Shown here: in pieces, positions 24,141-36,900 of the stretch
How positions within the stretch are numbered: the stretch's first letter is position 1
Layout of the letters: the number at the start of each line of letters is the position of its first letter
Source: Geosiphon pyriformis uo1
Taxonomy: Eukaryota; Fungi; Glomeromycota
DNA: 64,000 nucleotides
Reading direction: 5' to 3'
Assembly: GCA_016748015.1 (NCBI GenBank)
Contig: JAAOMT010000029.1
Coordinates: 422,896-486,895, forward strand
The notes under the pieces: generated by a model
What the model saw: the letters and a program-made list of their open reading frames with translations, nothing else
Told to the model about the DNA's origin: nothing
The model's database searches: none
Translations under genes and position numbers: made by a program

Positions 24141-27012
24141 TTATTAACATTTAATGAGTAAGGCCTAAATACCACTAAGCACAATACATCAAACTAAGTA
24201 ATTTAAACTAAATACAAATTATGCACTTTCTACACATGACCAGCCACTTAGATTAATTAGAACAACACTATAAATCTATCTTAACAGACACTGCATTATT
24301 AATACCAGAAAAAAAACAGCAAGACTTACAAAAACCAAAGCTAATACCAAGTGTTTCAGCAATACCAAGCAACTTAATAATTTTAACAAAAAACAAAAAT
24401 AACAGACTATGGATCTCAAGTAACACCAAATTATCACCTATTTTTTTTCCATAATTGCCTTATACTTGGTTTGAACTATCTATATATCAGTATAGTAAAC
24501 TGCTTTTAAGCCACAAACAAAATTTACAACATTCTTACTGGCAATTTTAAAATAATCAAAAATGGACAAGGCCTCCAAAAACCAATCTTTAAACAAAAAA
24601 CCCTTACACAAAGTAATATAAACAATATTATTAGAAGCACACAAAGAAAACATCTGTAAAACCCAAGATAAAACCAAGTTTAAACCCAACAAAACATTCC
24701 ACTGAAACAAATAAAACCAAATTAAGTCTTTACAAACCCTAGTGTTAAATACACACATGAACAAATAGTCAAAACTTTTCACATTTTCATAATAAAAACA
24801 CAATATACTGGAGTACTTTTTATTATATAGATGTTTTCAAACAGTAACCTATAAATAATAGTACAAAGCTTTTATAAAATATAAACACAAACCAGCTGTA
24901 GATTTACTTATAAAGTCAACTGTCATGTATGAGTCAGAGTGCCAAACTAATGCAATATAAATCTAATTCATATTATTGACTATGTTTTTGTCAATAATAT
25001 CAAAGCCAGGTTTAATTTCTTAATAAGCATAATAAACAGTCCTGAAAATTTCCTAAGCAAAATGACAAATATTTTTGAATATTGCCATTCCATTAGCCTT
25101 AATGAATCTATTCTTAACCAGAACAAAAAGCACAAAATTTGAACCACCAGCCAAGTCAGCCAACTTATTAGCATACTTATTACTCAAAACACTTAAATGT
25201 CTCTTAACCTTATGCCAAAAAATATTAAGCCTCTTATTTCTAATAGATGCTACTACACTATGCCATTCCATTCAACAACAATTGTAAAAGTGGCAAAATT
25301 AAAACCAACTCAGCAGTACAAGCATCCAAAGCAGTCTGGCTGTCTGAATACATTACAACAAAACTATCAGAAGGAATACACTTTAAAGCTAGAACAATTG
25401 TCTACAATTCTGCTATCATAAAGAATACTATCTTATCAATTTTAATACCAATACCCAAATTCAGATCAAAAAAATATGCAGCCATACTATATTTTATCTT
25501 ACATGTACCCAAATTTCTTAAAGATTCATCTATGTAGACACTAATAACATCTAAATTAGTGGTAAAAAGATACTGCTTTAACCCAAAAACACCACCAAAA
25601 CCACAAATATCTAGAAACTAAGAGTTAATAATAAGTAAACCAGCAGAAAGAGAAGATCTAACCAAAAAATCACATGCCAAATTGAACTAACAAGAAATTA
25701 AGCCCCTTGGATCAAGTCTCTTTCAATGACAAAAGCTTTTTCAATCAAATATTAACCTCTTTTTATTATACAGCTGTTTGACAAAAATGACCTCAAATCT
25801 CTTGAGTAAATATAAAACATTATAAAACAACAAATTGTCTAGAACAGAAGACATTAGAGTGCCACCAAAAAAATAGAATACAGTTATAAAAAAATTGTCA
25901 AAAGACATATCACAATCCAAAAAATTTTAATTATACTAGCCAAAAAATTATTAACTGGACTAATACACAACTTTACAAGACAACCAACTTTGAACTTGTA
26001 AATCCAAAGACCTATAACTAAACAAGTAATCAATAAGCCCACTAGTATTTAAGAAACTTAACACAGAAATTATTTTGTTTTCAAACTACAACTGCTCAAA
26101 TAATTTCAAGTTATACAAAAAAGAATGGTAAAAAGCCTTGTTAAGAAAATCTTTAGACAAACTGGCTTTTAACTTCAAATCTCTCTTAACCAGCATATTC
26201 TACTTAATATACACATTATTAAAAACAAAACTAAACTGAATCTTATAACTGATTATAAGTTGTAGCACAGCTAATACCAAATAAAAAAACTGTTTATCTA
26301 AGATAGTTTTTCTCAAAACCAAATTTACAAAAAACCTGATATCCAAATGAGTCTTTACTAAACTAGATTTGAACAAGTCTTTAGAAGATAAAAAAATACC
26401 AAAATACTTATGAGACTTCTTCTTATAAGCAACAAAAATTAGCAAACTGCTTATTGACAATAAAATGTCCTTAATTCTTTGATTGATAGAAATAACAACT
26501 GTTTTTTTGTTATTGATTAAAATGTTATTAACCTTAAAAAAGCTACTTATAATATTCAAAATATACTAAGTGGCTGCTTAACTGCTCTCAATCCAAATTG
26601 TGTCATTAACAAAGACTCTAGTTGCAAAAAATGAGGTCATAGCACCCTGACTTTCTAGTCTGCCAGTTTTGGCAACAAATCTAATATTAATATGATAACT
26701 ACACAAACTTTTCTGTCTTTTAACTTTATACAATAGAGAATTATAAAAAATTCTCCAAAGCAAAAGAAAAAAAATTTTACTTTGGTTCAGACTATTATGT
26801 ATATAATATTCTTCTGTCAAACCATAATCAGCCATGACCTGATTGACTCTGTCATTATGAATGCTTTTAAAGAATTGAATAAACTGCTCACACATTTTGA
26901 TCTAGATTAAATTATTTCTTAAATACTGCCAATTTATTGAGTTATAAGCTTTTTGCATATTCTGCAAAATTAACCAAAGTTCACAGTTCTTTTCTAAGGC
27001 ATTTTTAACCAC
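24141..27012 (-). mobile_element. LINE L2, 3' segment (RT C-terminal part, RNase H, Cys motif, 3'UTR)
   Basis: FVNDTIW; IFWHKVKRH (RNase H); 3'UTR motif shared with L3 and L4; interrupted by B2 at TSD CCAC. Confidence 0.9.
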
Positions 27013-27939
27013 TGTTACTCATAGAATATAGAAAATATAGTATTATTAGTTAGTAGATATTAGCCAATCAGATGTAGATGTAATAAATGTGGAATTCCAA
27101 GATTCTTTTTAGAGGAATTGCAGAATTCCAGGAATTTCAGGATTCTTCAACAAGGAATTGCAGGATTCCAGAATTCCAGGATTTCTCTTATCAGGAATTG
27201 CAAGATTCCAAGAATTCCAGAATTCCTGTCACAAGGAATTAAGGAATTGAGGAATCTCAAATATGTATATATAGCAGTAGCATTAGAAGCAGAAAAAAAA
27301 GAAAGAACACCAAGAATTCTCAGCTTAGTTACCACAATCCTCAAATAAATAATTATTTACTATATCAAATTCATTCTCCATTATCAACACTTTATGTTGA
27401 TAGTAACTGATACTTAACTATACTGGAACAATAGCTCTTGATCATGGTTATTGACAGGATACTAACTTGCAAATTGCCTTGGCTTATTTCTTATTTTCTC
27501 TTTTATCTTTCTTTATTTTCTTTGTTGTCTACTAACTTGATTAAAAAATTTACTCTTGGAGAACTTACGAAGGAATAAAGCTTACTAAAAAATACTTACT
27601 CTTGGAAGACCTATGAAAAAATAAACTTGCTTAAACAACATTTATTCTTGGAGGACTTATGAAAGAACTGACATCAGGAAACCATACTAGTATATACTTA
27701 TAGAGGATATCATACTAGGAGAATCATCAATCATCAAGCTGAGCAAGCAATTGGCGAAACTACGGTGCCAAGAAACTACTGATAAACTGTTATCATTGAA
27801 TCTCTGTTCATTATACAAAGAGCTCAATTGGAAAACCTTCAAATAAAATATCTTCAAATTATTATCGTCACCAATCGCCTTGAGCACCAAGTTACAGGTT
27901 TTGTTATTCACTCGACACCCCAAAGAATCACCTGTAACA
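27013..27939 (+). repeat. B2 5' LTR
   Basis: Family-B LTR, TGTTAC...GTAACA. Confidence 0.95.
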
Positions 27940-27998
27940 TTTGGTGCTTCCTGTGAGGTATAATCTTACAGAGAACCAGTACCAACACAAATCCAAAT

Positions 27999-30669
27999 GT
28001 GGCAGAATCAGAAATTATAGAAGCCAACCACTTAGGATTCGCAAAAGCCTTGTTTTAACAATACAGCCAACTATTAGAATTAAACAATAATTACTACTCT
28101 GCCAAATCAGCCTTCAACTATTACGTCAACAATAAAATTACAGACTGTTTAGAAAGAACAGTTAATATCAAGTTAGCAAGAGAAAATTTCTATACAGAAT
28201 TATTTCAACACACCAGCTTACCAAAAAATCACAGTTTTGTCCCAATCATCAGAGAAATTAATCAAACCATTGAAAGATACATGCAACAACAATTTCCCAT
28301 TACCTACGCAGACAAAGGTAAAGGAAGAATACAAATACCAGCAGCAACACCAAAAGGAATACAGTTACCTAGTTGGAAAAAACACAGAGTAGAATCACCA
28401 ATCACTCTATCATATTACTACACACTGGGAAGTGTCATTAACATTTCATCAGCAGACGCGTCCACCTCAAATGTGACATCAACATTTGGAAGATTTCAGT
28501 TCTAAAGCAAACAATGGAAAGAAGACTTATTAGGACCATACAGAGCGTATTTTGAAGGATTTAAATTACGATCCCCAATGCCATTAGGAATTTGATTACC
28601 AATACCCCAACCAGATTTCGGAGCTGCTATTCCATGGGAATTATCAGAGAAAAAAGAGGAAGGAAGTGAAGATCAAGGATTCATTTACCAAAACCCAATT
28701 TCAGAAAACTTGGAATTTGAAACCCCAAATTTTCAAACTCCGATAAACCCAAATTTAAAAAATTCGGAAAATGCAACTTCAAATATTCAAACACTGCAAA
28801 ACTCCAAACAAATTAATCAGAATAACTTACCTCTGAATATTGTCATCAATCAACCACCAATTGATCCAATAGCCAAACCTATACACCAACTCATCCAACA
28901 GCCACATCAACCAAATCAACCACCCCTTCAGCAACCTGCCCAACAGCCACTTCAACCACCACCACAACAATTTCAACAACTTGTGCAGCAACAAATGGCA
29001 TACACACCTATAGCCAAACTTGAAAATTTACTGGCAACAAAGACAATGCACAAACATGGATAAACGACGTTGTCAAAGCAATTATCACCAATAATTAGAA
29101 CAATGTCAGAGCCCTTCAAGTGATCCCTTATTTTCTTCAGGATACTACAGATGCATAGTATCAGAGTTTAGTTGCCTCACCACAAACATTTTAGCAGTTC
29201 AAAACTGAGTTTCTGAGATATTTCAGCAATAATAATAGCATCAACAGATTAGCCAACATCTTTAACACCATCAAACAAGAAAACACTGAAGCAGTCACCA
29301 CTTACCTGGGACACTTCCATAAAAATCTGCGTCAGATTCAGGCTATTGAAGCTAACTACTTCACAGCATCACAAATTTTAAATCAGTTTATTAGAGAATT
29401 GCACAGCAGCATCCTCCAACAAGTACACCAAATGCACCCAGCTGACCTACCAACTGCAGTCATACACGCTAGAAATTTTGAAGCCACAGAACTTAAGACT
29501 AACCATGCCCAAGCTGTCAACCTAGTGATGAATGAATCATCTGAATTGGACTTCAAATTAAAACAATTCAGTAATTCAATCAATCAGAAATTGGAAAAAT
29601 ACTTAGCTGACAATTGCGCAATTTATCAACTGCCTCAATGACACAGCAATTCAGAAAACTACAATCGTTCCCAAAATCAAGCATGTTCCTCAACATTGGC
29701 CAATCAGCAGTGGCAGCCAGAGACGCATGTCTGTCACAACTGTGGTAAACAAGGGCACATCAGAGCAAACTGCAACACTTATAACCATCTGCGATTGGGA
29801 AATCAATATAGAAATCCCGATCACCAATTTCAAACTCCAAGATATCAACAAAATCAAGAACAATATCAATCCGCTTACTTGCCAGTGACGCAGCCAATGT
29901 ATCAAATGCCTACACTAGTATATCAAACCCCGATTTATTAACTACAGCCACAAGTAATATATCAACCACAGCCGCAAATAATATATCAACCACAGCCACA
30001 AATCATCTATTAACCCCAACCAATTTAAACACCACCCCAGAACCCAGCTCAAATAACATCAGGCAACTCTCGATCCAGAGTCACTCAAAACTGGAGATTG
30101 GTGATGGTTGTTTACCAACTGGTCTTCAGTTCATTAAATCTACAATTAGGATCATGCTCATAGAATTTAGATACTGGTCATGCCCAAAACCCAAATTCCC
30201 AACACTATTTAAGTCTCCTGGTTATTCTAGAAGACACTACATCTAACAAACCGGAATCCAATCAGCAATGACTTACCAACATGATTCCATCAGCAACCAT
30301 CTTCAACAATGAATCCCTAGCAGCTATCTTTCCTTTCGAACTCAAAGAAACCACACTGGTACTGTTATTTAGTGGAGCCACCCTCAAAAAAAAATCTATC
30401 ACAGTAATATACATGGATGCCAGAATTGATGGTCACCCCATCAAACTCATCCTAGATAGTGGATCAGCTGGCAGCATTATTACAAAACAGCTCATGGATC
30501 AATTAGGTCGCCGAGTTGATCGAGCTGTTAGCGCCAGAATTATCACAGCTGATGAAGTAACCAAAACTCCAATCAGCAAAATTGACAACTTTCCTTTTAA
30601 AGTCAATGGCATTGTGACTTCCATTAAAGTTTTAGTGATAGAAGCCACTTAATACCAAGCTTTTGTTGG
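27999..30669 (+). pseudogene. B2 gag and protease (5' part of gag-pol)
   Basis: Colinear with B1 12594-15238; CHNCGKQGHIRANC; LILDSGSAGSII. Confidence 0.9.
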
Positions 30670-31732
30670 GTATGGGAAATGGTAACATTTGGTGCTCTCA
30701 ATTATTGATGATGCATCTTCCGCTTAATTCTGTTAGCTTAGTCTTAATTATCAATCTCTGAAGGTCTATTCTTGGATGTGAATTTTACCTGTTGAGTTCC
30801 TTGGTTATAAGGCACAGAGTTTGTCTTTCGTCGATTGCAATGTTTTTCATAAATGTGAGCTTTCTTCTCTAAGCTAACAAGCGCAGTTGTTAGGGTCTGG
30901 CATTGTCTTTTCGTCCTTCTAATAAGCTAACAAAATAATGTTAATATTCAAAACTTAGAAAGAGCTTTCCTCTTTTACCAGGCTATCATGAAGTCTATTC
31001 TCAGACAGTCAATTTTACTATGTTGCCACTCCACAAAAATAAGACAGAAAAAGAAAGAAAAAGAAAAAGAAAAGAAAAAAAAAGAGAGAAAAGATAAATT
31101 AATATCATTAATCGCCGTGATCAAGAGCAATTGGTCCAAATTGTTAATAGGTTCAAGATGATTATGCTAAGAGCATCTGTTCTAGAACAGAGGTATAAAA
31201 CAAGAGTTAATTCACGTAAATTCCATGAAGTTCGAGAACATGAATTTGTGATTCTGATTTCTTTAATAATTGGTTTATTTCAGGAGATGAAATAGGGAAG
31301 ATAATAAAGGATGAAGAGGTATGGATATTTTTAATTCTGGTCTAAAGGTTCGTATCTATCTGTCTGTCTTTTCTCACTTCTACAACTACTTGCTTTTATA
31401 CATTCTTTTGGTTTTACAGAATTGCTTTCAATTGTCTCTCTATCGCTAGCTATTGCTTTGTTGTTTCTGTTATTGCTTCGTTTTTCTATGTTATCACTAA
31501 TTATCCTATATTATAACATGTTATCTGACGTTATTACATGTTATTTTGTGTTATCCTGCATTATAACATGTTATTCTATGTTATTGCATGCTATTCTGTG
31601 TTATCCTGCATTATAACATGTTATCCTATGTTATAATGTATTATCCAATGTTATTGCACGTTATTCTGTGTTATGTCACATTTTGGTCACGTTTCTTCAT
31701 AACTTTGGATTGGTTTTTCTACTCAGGTAATA
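30667..31732 (-). repeat. C 3' LTR (terminal ~19 nt deleted)
   Basis: Direct repeat of ~39800-40815 with one extra 50-bp tandem unit. Confidence 0.92.
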
Positions 31733-31746
31733 TTATCCCTCTCTTT

Positions 31747-32480
31747 TTAAAATTGAGCTTCTGCGAAACCATATGTATCTGTTATCGTGGCTTTGTTCAT
31801 GTAATGTTCGATTGTTGCCTTGAGTATTGCTTTTTGTAGGTCTTTGAACTGTTGATTGGTTATTTGTCCTATGTTGTTAACCGTTATGGTTTTCATAGAT
31901 CCATTTAGTAGTATATTTGGGCAATGTTAGAAGGCGGCGTATAGTCAATATGTTGCTTTGTAATGTAGGGTCAGGTTGTTTTTCCCTACGAATTTTTCTA
32001 CTTGTTGTATTGCTTTTTTGTTGAACATTTTCTGGCTGAGATCTTCATATGGTGTTTTCAAGTTAAGCTGTTCTCCAATTTTGTAGAACTAATAAGCTGG
32101 AAGAAGTCTTTCTTTCCATTCTGGACATTGTCAGGTGTCCACTTTCCTGTTTCGGGAAGTTTGGTCTTATGAGCTAAAGCTTCTTTTATTTTTTCGAGCT
32201 TGGGGACCAAGTATCTTCTTTTGTAATCTTTTTCTCGTTTTTTGTCTCCTTCTTTTTCACCTCCCACCTAAAGGCAATTTTTTCTCCAATATTGTCTTTT
32301 GGGTGGTGGGTAGAGAAGAGAATGTTTAGTTCTAATTGAACTCTCATCCTCCCCTTTCCTGTTCTTATCTTTGTATTATATCTTTTTTTTATCAATTGTT
32401 ATTTCTATTTGAGATGTCAATTTTTGAATTGTTTCAAATAATTGTTTAAATAATTTTAAAATTTGATCTGAAAGGTCTAT
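31747..32480 (-). pseudogene. C accessory ORF3
   Basis: DLSDQILKLFKQLFETIQKLTSQIEITIDKKKI aligns with B ORF3 EITDNIYSLVQQIFQLIQHQEMEITINQQTI; ends FAEAQF-TAA at the PPT. Confidence 0.65.
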
Positions 32481-32560
32481 GTTGAAATTTCTATTGTTTC
32501 TTGCTGCTTTTCGGATGCTATATATATTTGAATTTTCCAATTTAATTTGCTGCCTGTTGT

Positions 32561-33925
32561 CTACATTTTGATGATGATGATTGGTTCCAGATCTCGTGGT
32601 ATATCTTCTGGTCTGATTAATGAAATTTGTGTTCCTAGTTAAGGTACTAATGACAATGATTCCTGTTTTACATGATAAATTTTTAATTGATTTTCATGTG
32701 TTACTTTCTTTAAAATCCTGTCTTCCAATCATAATTTGTAAGCTCTATTTCCTAATGCTTCGTATATGTGGAATAGACTGTCTCACTTTGGGTTGAACTT
32801 TCCACTCCACTGTTTCTTAACTTTTGTACAATATAACAGTACTTGGTCTCCAATCTTGAATTCCATTGATTGTTCTGATAGGTGTTTATCATGTCTTTCT
32901 TTTTGTTGTTTTTGAGTGTGACTAATATTGTCAGCTGCTGTTCTTTGATTGTTTTCTAACATTTCTATTAGCTGGTACGTTCTTTGGTATAAGATAGCCT
33001 CAAAATTCTCTTCATTGATTGTTTTTGTTGGGTATGACAGTATCACTTGTTCAATCAGTAATGTAGCTTTTCTTCCATAGACTAGTTCAAATGGTGTAAA
33101 CTGAGTTGTATTTTGTTTCAATGTTTGGTATACAAAGAGTACAGAAGGTATAAATAAGTTCCATTCTTGTCTGTTTTCATGACTTATTTTTGCTAATGCT
33201 TTGCACAGTGTTTTGTTAAATTGTTCTATCAGTCCGTTTGTTTGTGGGTGGTATGGTGACAATAAGGGTCTCTTTATTCCAAACTGTTGGCTTAGTTCAG
33301 TTAGCGTATTATTAACGAAGTGTGTTCCCTAATCAGATAATAATTCTTTCGGACATCCATGTCAGCAAATTAGGTCTTGATACACAAATTCGGCGACTGT
33401 TTTGGCATCGGCCACTTGGATTGCTCTGGCTTCTGGCCATTTTGTAAAATAGTCTACAGCTACAGTGATATAGCAATTTCCTTGGGATGTAATTAAAAGA
33501 AGTCCAACCAAATTGATCCTGATTCTATCAAATAGATTTTCAACTGGAATAGGTCGAAGTGGTTTTGTTGATTTTTCTCCTCTTTACTGGCATGTGTTAC
33601 AATTAAGCACATATTCGAAAATGTTTTTGTACATCGTTGGCCAATAGTATAAGTTTAGTGTTCTTTCGAGGGTAGTGTCTTTGTTAAAGTGTCCTGCAGT
33701 CAGATCTGAGTGCACGCTATATAGTATAGTTTCTCTTTCACTGTCCTTGATTAGTTGTTGTGAGTTGGGGTGATTTTGGCATTCTCATCGATATAATTGG
33801 TTGTCTTGAATAAAATAATTTCGGGCTTGTTTTTGTATGGTACTCTGTTCCTGTTAAGATAATATCTTCTTGAAACATAGTGTTGATAAGTACTGATGTA
33901 GTCGTTGATAAGTGAGTGTGTCCAT
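32561..33925 (-). pseudogene. C integrase, separate ORF
   Basis: ATG 33925 MDTLTYQRLHQYLSTL; same frame as ORF 32783-33262 (YHPQTNGLIEQFN); ends DLEPIIIIKM-TAG. Confidence 0.88.
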
Positions 33926-33935
33926 GGGTCTGGGA

Positions 33936-36900
33936 TTAGGTTTGTGACATCATCAACAAACTGTTGGCATTGGTGTTTTTGGATCCTTTCTTGTAATAGA
34001 CTTTGAGTGGGAATTGTTACAGATAAGTACTTCATCTCACATATTTTTCTTCTAATTGTGGATTGTTGAGTAAACAAATAAGTTCTTTGTGGTCGGTATA
34101 TAAGTCAAATGGTTGATTAAGGTAATGTTTCCAAGTCTGTACAGCCCAATAAATGGCGAGACATTCCAGATCTGTTGTGCTGTAATTTTTTTCTGCTGAG
34201 TTAGTGCTGCGACTAGCATAGACAACTGGATGTTCTCTATTGTCTGGTCCTATCTGTGATAAGACTGCTCCTAGAGCATTTTTTGAGGCATCTATAGCAA
34301 CAATGAACCATTTAGTAAAATCTAGGTAAATCAGGATTGAGGATGTGATCAATTGCTGCTTGAGATAGTCGAATGCTTTCTGTTGATCTTCTTTCCACAA
34401 GTACGGTACGTATTTGGACAACAATTGATGGAGTGGTTTTGTGATGTTCGAGAAACCTTTGACAAATCGACGATAATATCCTGCCAATCCTAGAAATCCT
34501 TGTAATTCTCTGAGGTTGATTGGGACTAGAAAATCTTTGACTTTTTGTACTTTATCTAGATCGGGTTTAACTCCGTCCTTGCTGATTACATGTCTTAGAA
34601 ATTTTAACTTAGTTTTTCCAAAGAAGCACTTCTTAGGATTGAATTTCAATCTGGCATTACAAAGGCATACGAAAACTTGTTGCAGGTGGAGCAGATGGTC
34701 TTTGAATGTTTCGGAGAACACATTTGTGTCATTTAAGTAGACTATTACTGATTTTCAAAGGATTTCTTTGTATACTACATCTATTAAGCGTTGAAATGTG
34801 GCAGGAGCATTACAAAGTCCAAAAGGCATTACGTTAAACTCGAAGTTTCCATCTCGAGTGGTAAACACTGTTTTTTCTTTGTCTTTGGGGTCTATTTCAA
34901 CTTGTCAGTAACCATTTGCTAAATCTAATGATGAGAACCATTTCTTTTTCTTTAGATTGTCCAGAATTTCCTGGATGAGGGGAGTGGAATAACTATCTTC
35001 TTGTGTGATGCTATTTAGTTTTCAATAATCTACGCAGAATCACACTTTTCTGTTTTTTTTGGTGACCAAGACTACTGGTGAGGACCAAAGGCTTAACGAT
35101 TCTTTGATTAGGCTGTTATCAAGCATCCATTGCATTTCTTACTTAATTAGGTTATCACCAGATGGGAGTACGCAGTAAGCTCATTGCTTAATTGGTCGAG
35201 CATCTCCCGTATTAATCTGATGCTTCACGATGTCGGTGCATCTGAACTCATTTTCACTGGCAAAGACATCAACATACTGATTCAGAAGGACTTTGAATTG
35301 CATTTGTTGCAGAGTACTTAAATTTCCTAAATTCAATTTATTGATCTCTTCTGGTGTAAACAAGTAACTTTCTTTTGGCAAATTCCATACTTGTGAGGTA
35401 ATGTTACAGAATAAGAATAATTGTGCAAAATCTGGAATGGACTGGGGTTTTTCAGAATTCTGAATATCTGTGGATATAGAGCTGATAAGAGTCCCTGCGG
35501 GGATTTCAATGACATTTTCTGTCAGGTTGTGAATGGGGATTTTGAAGTGTTTATGGGCTTTGGCCAGTAGGTATAGATTAACAACATTGGCTAGGGAACA
35601 GATTTTGGAACTGGCTTCAAATAACAAGGCTTGATCTTGGATCTTTCAATTCACCTTGAGGATATATTGTTGGTATGAGGGAATGGAGATGATGGTGTCA
35701 GTATTGATAAATTCTACCTGGTTACTGTCTTCCTTCATAAAATTAACTGGTATGTTTCCTCTTCCACTTGATCCAAACCCATTGATTTCTTGGGCAGTGA
35801 GGCCTAACTCTTCTTAGGTTGTTACTGGGGTTAATTGGGGTATTTTGACTAGGGATAGAAAGATAGCTTGGGCAATCTTTTCTTGTGATTTTATTTTGTA
35901 GGGTCTGTTCAAATTGTTCTGTAGCATTACGATAATGTTTCCCGTGTAACCGGCATCAATGATTCTTCTTTTTATGTTGATTTTTTTCTTGGCTAGACTA
36001 GATTAAGAGACAACTTGTACCATTGTATTAACAAGAATTTTTAATGCTATCTTAAGATCTATTTTTACGAGGGAATGTGGGGCTATAATGATGAGTGATT
36101 GTCCAGGGTATTGTAGGTCAAAACCAACATCAGTGTCATGCACTCTTTCAGGGCAGATTCCTTCTTTATTGTCACTGTACCATTTTAGCTCTAGTTCTTT
36201 GGATAGGTCAGAATATGCGAGATACTATTCTGTTTCAGTATCCTCAGTTGGATCTTGAAACAACATGTCCTTGGTGATCAATACCTCTTCTTCGGGCTCA
36301 GATAGTTTGGTGATTGGAAACAGTATTCTTGGAGGCAGCTTGAACATAAGATCACATTTGTTGTAGTACTGGAAGTGACAGAGAATCAAATAGTGATTGC
36401 ACAATTTGGTATTCAAATTGGCCAACCTTTGCTCTTGTTCTTTGCAAGTCAGGACCAATTCCTAATATTGGTTCTGAAATGCATCTGGGTCATCTGTGAA
36501 AAAATCATCCTTGGGGTAATCAGGTCCATTATATTTAGGCATTCAAGGATTGTCCTTGATTTTTCGTATTTCTTTGGGTGTGATGCCTTTGGCCTTGGCA
36601 CTTGCCATTCTAGATTTCATGGTCATCATGTGGATAACCATTTAGCCTGTTGAGTGCTTGTTTCCAAGCATTCTTGATGAGGGTTTCTTTTTGTACCCAA
36701 TTGTTGATTAATATGGTGTATTGACAAGTCTCGTCACATGTTCTTCCTTTGCTAGGCACATCATTCCAGAGTCCTTCATCTGGCAGGATTTCGCCACATA
36801 TAAGACATGGCGTGTTGTCCCACTTGTCTTGTCATTTTGGTCATTCAAATCTTTTCAATAAACAAGGTCTGCAATAGTATTTGGTGGTGGTGGGCTATTC

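Noticed and set aside
31490-31680. CRISPR-like periodic repeats
   Set aside because: No unique spacers, unit length is 10/50 bp, the context is a eukaryotic LTR, and there are no cas genes.
31422-31839. Hydrophobic ORFs in the C and F LTRs (also 40671, 56132) suggesting membrane or env peptides
   Set aside because: Translations of T-rich 10-bp minisatellites, antisense to the element.
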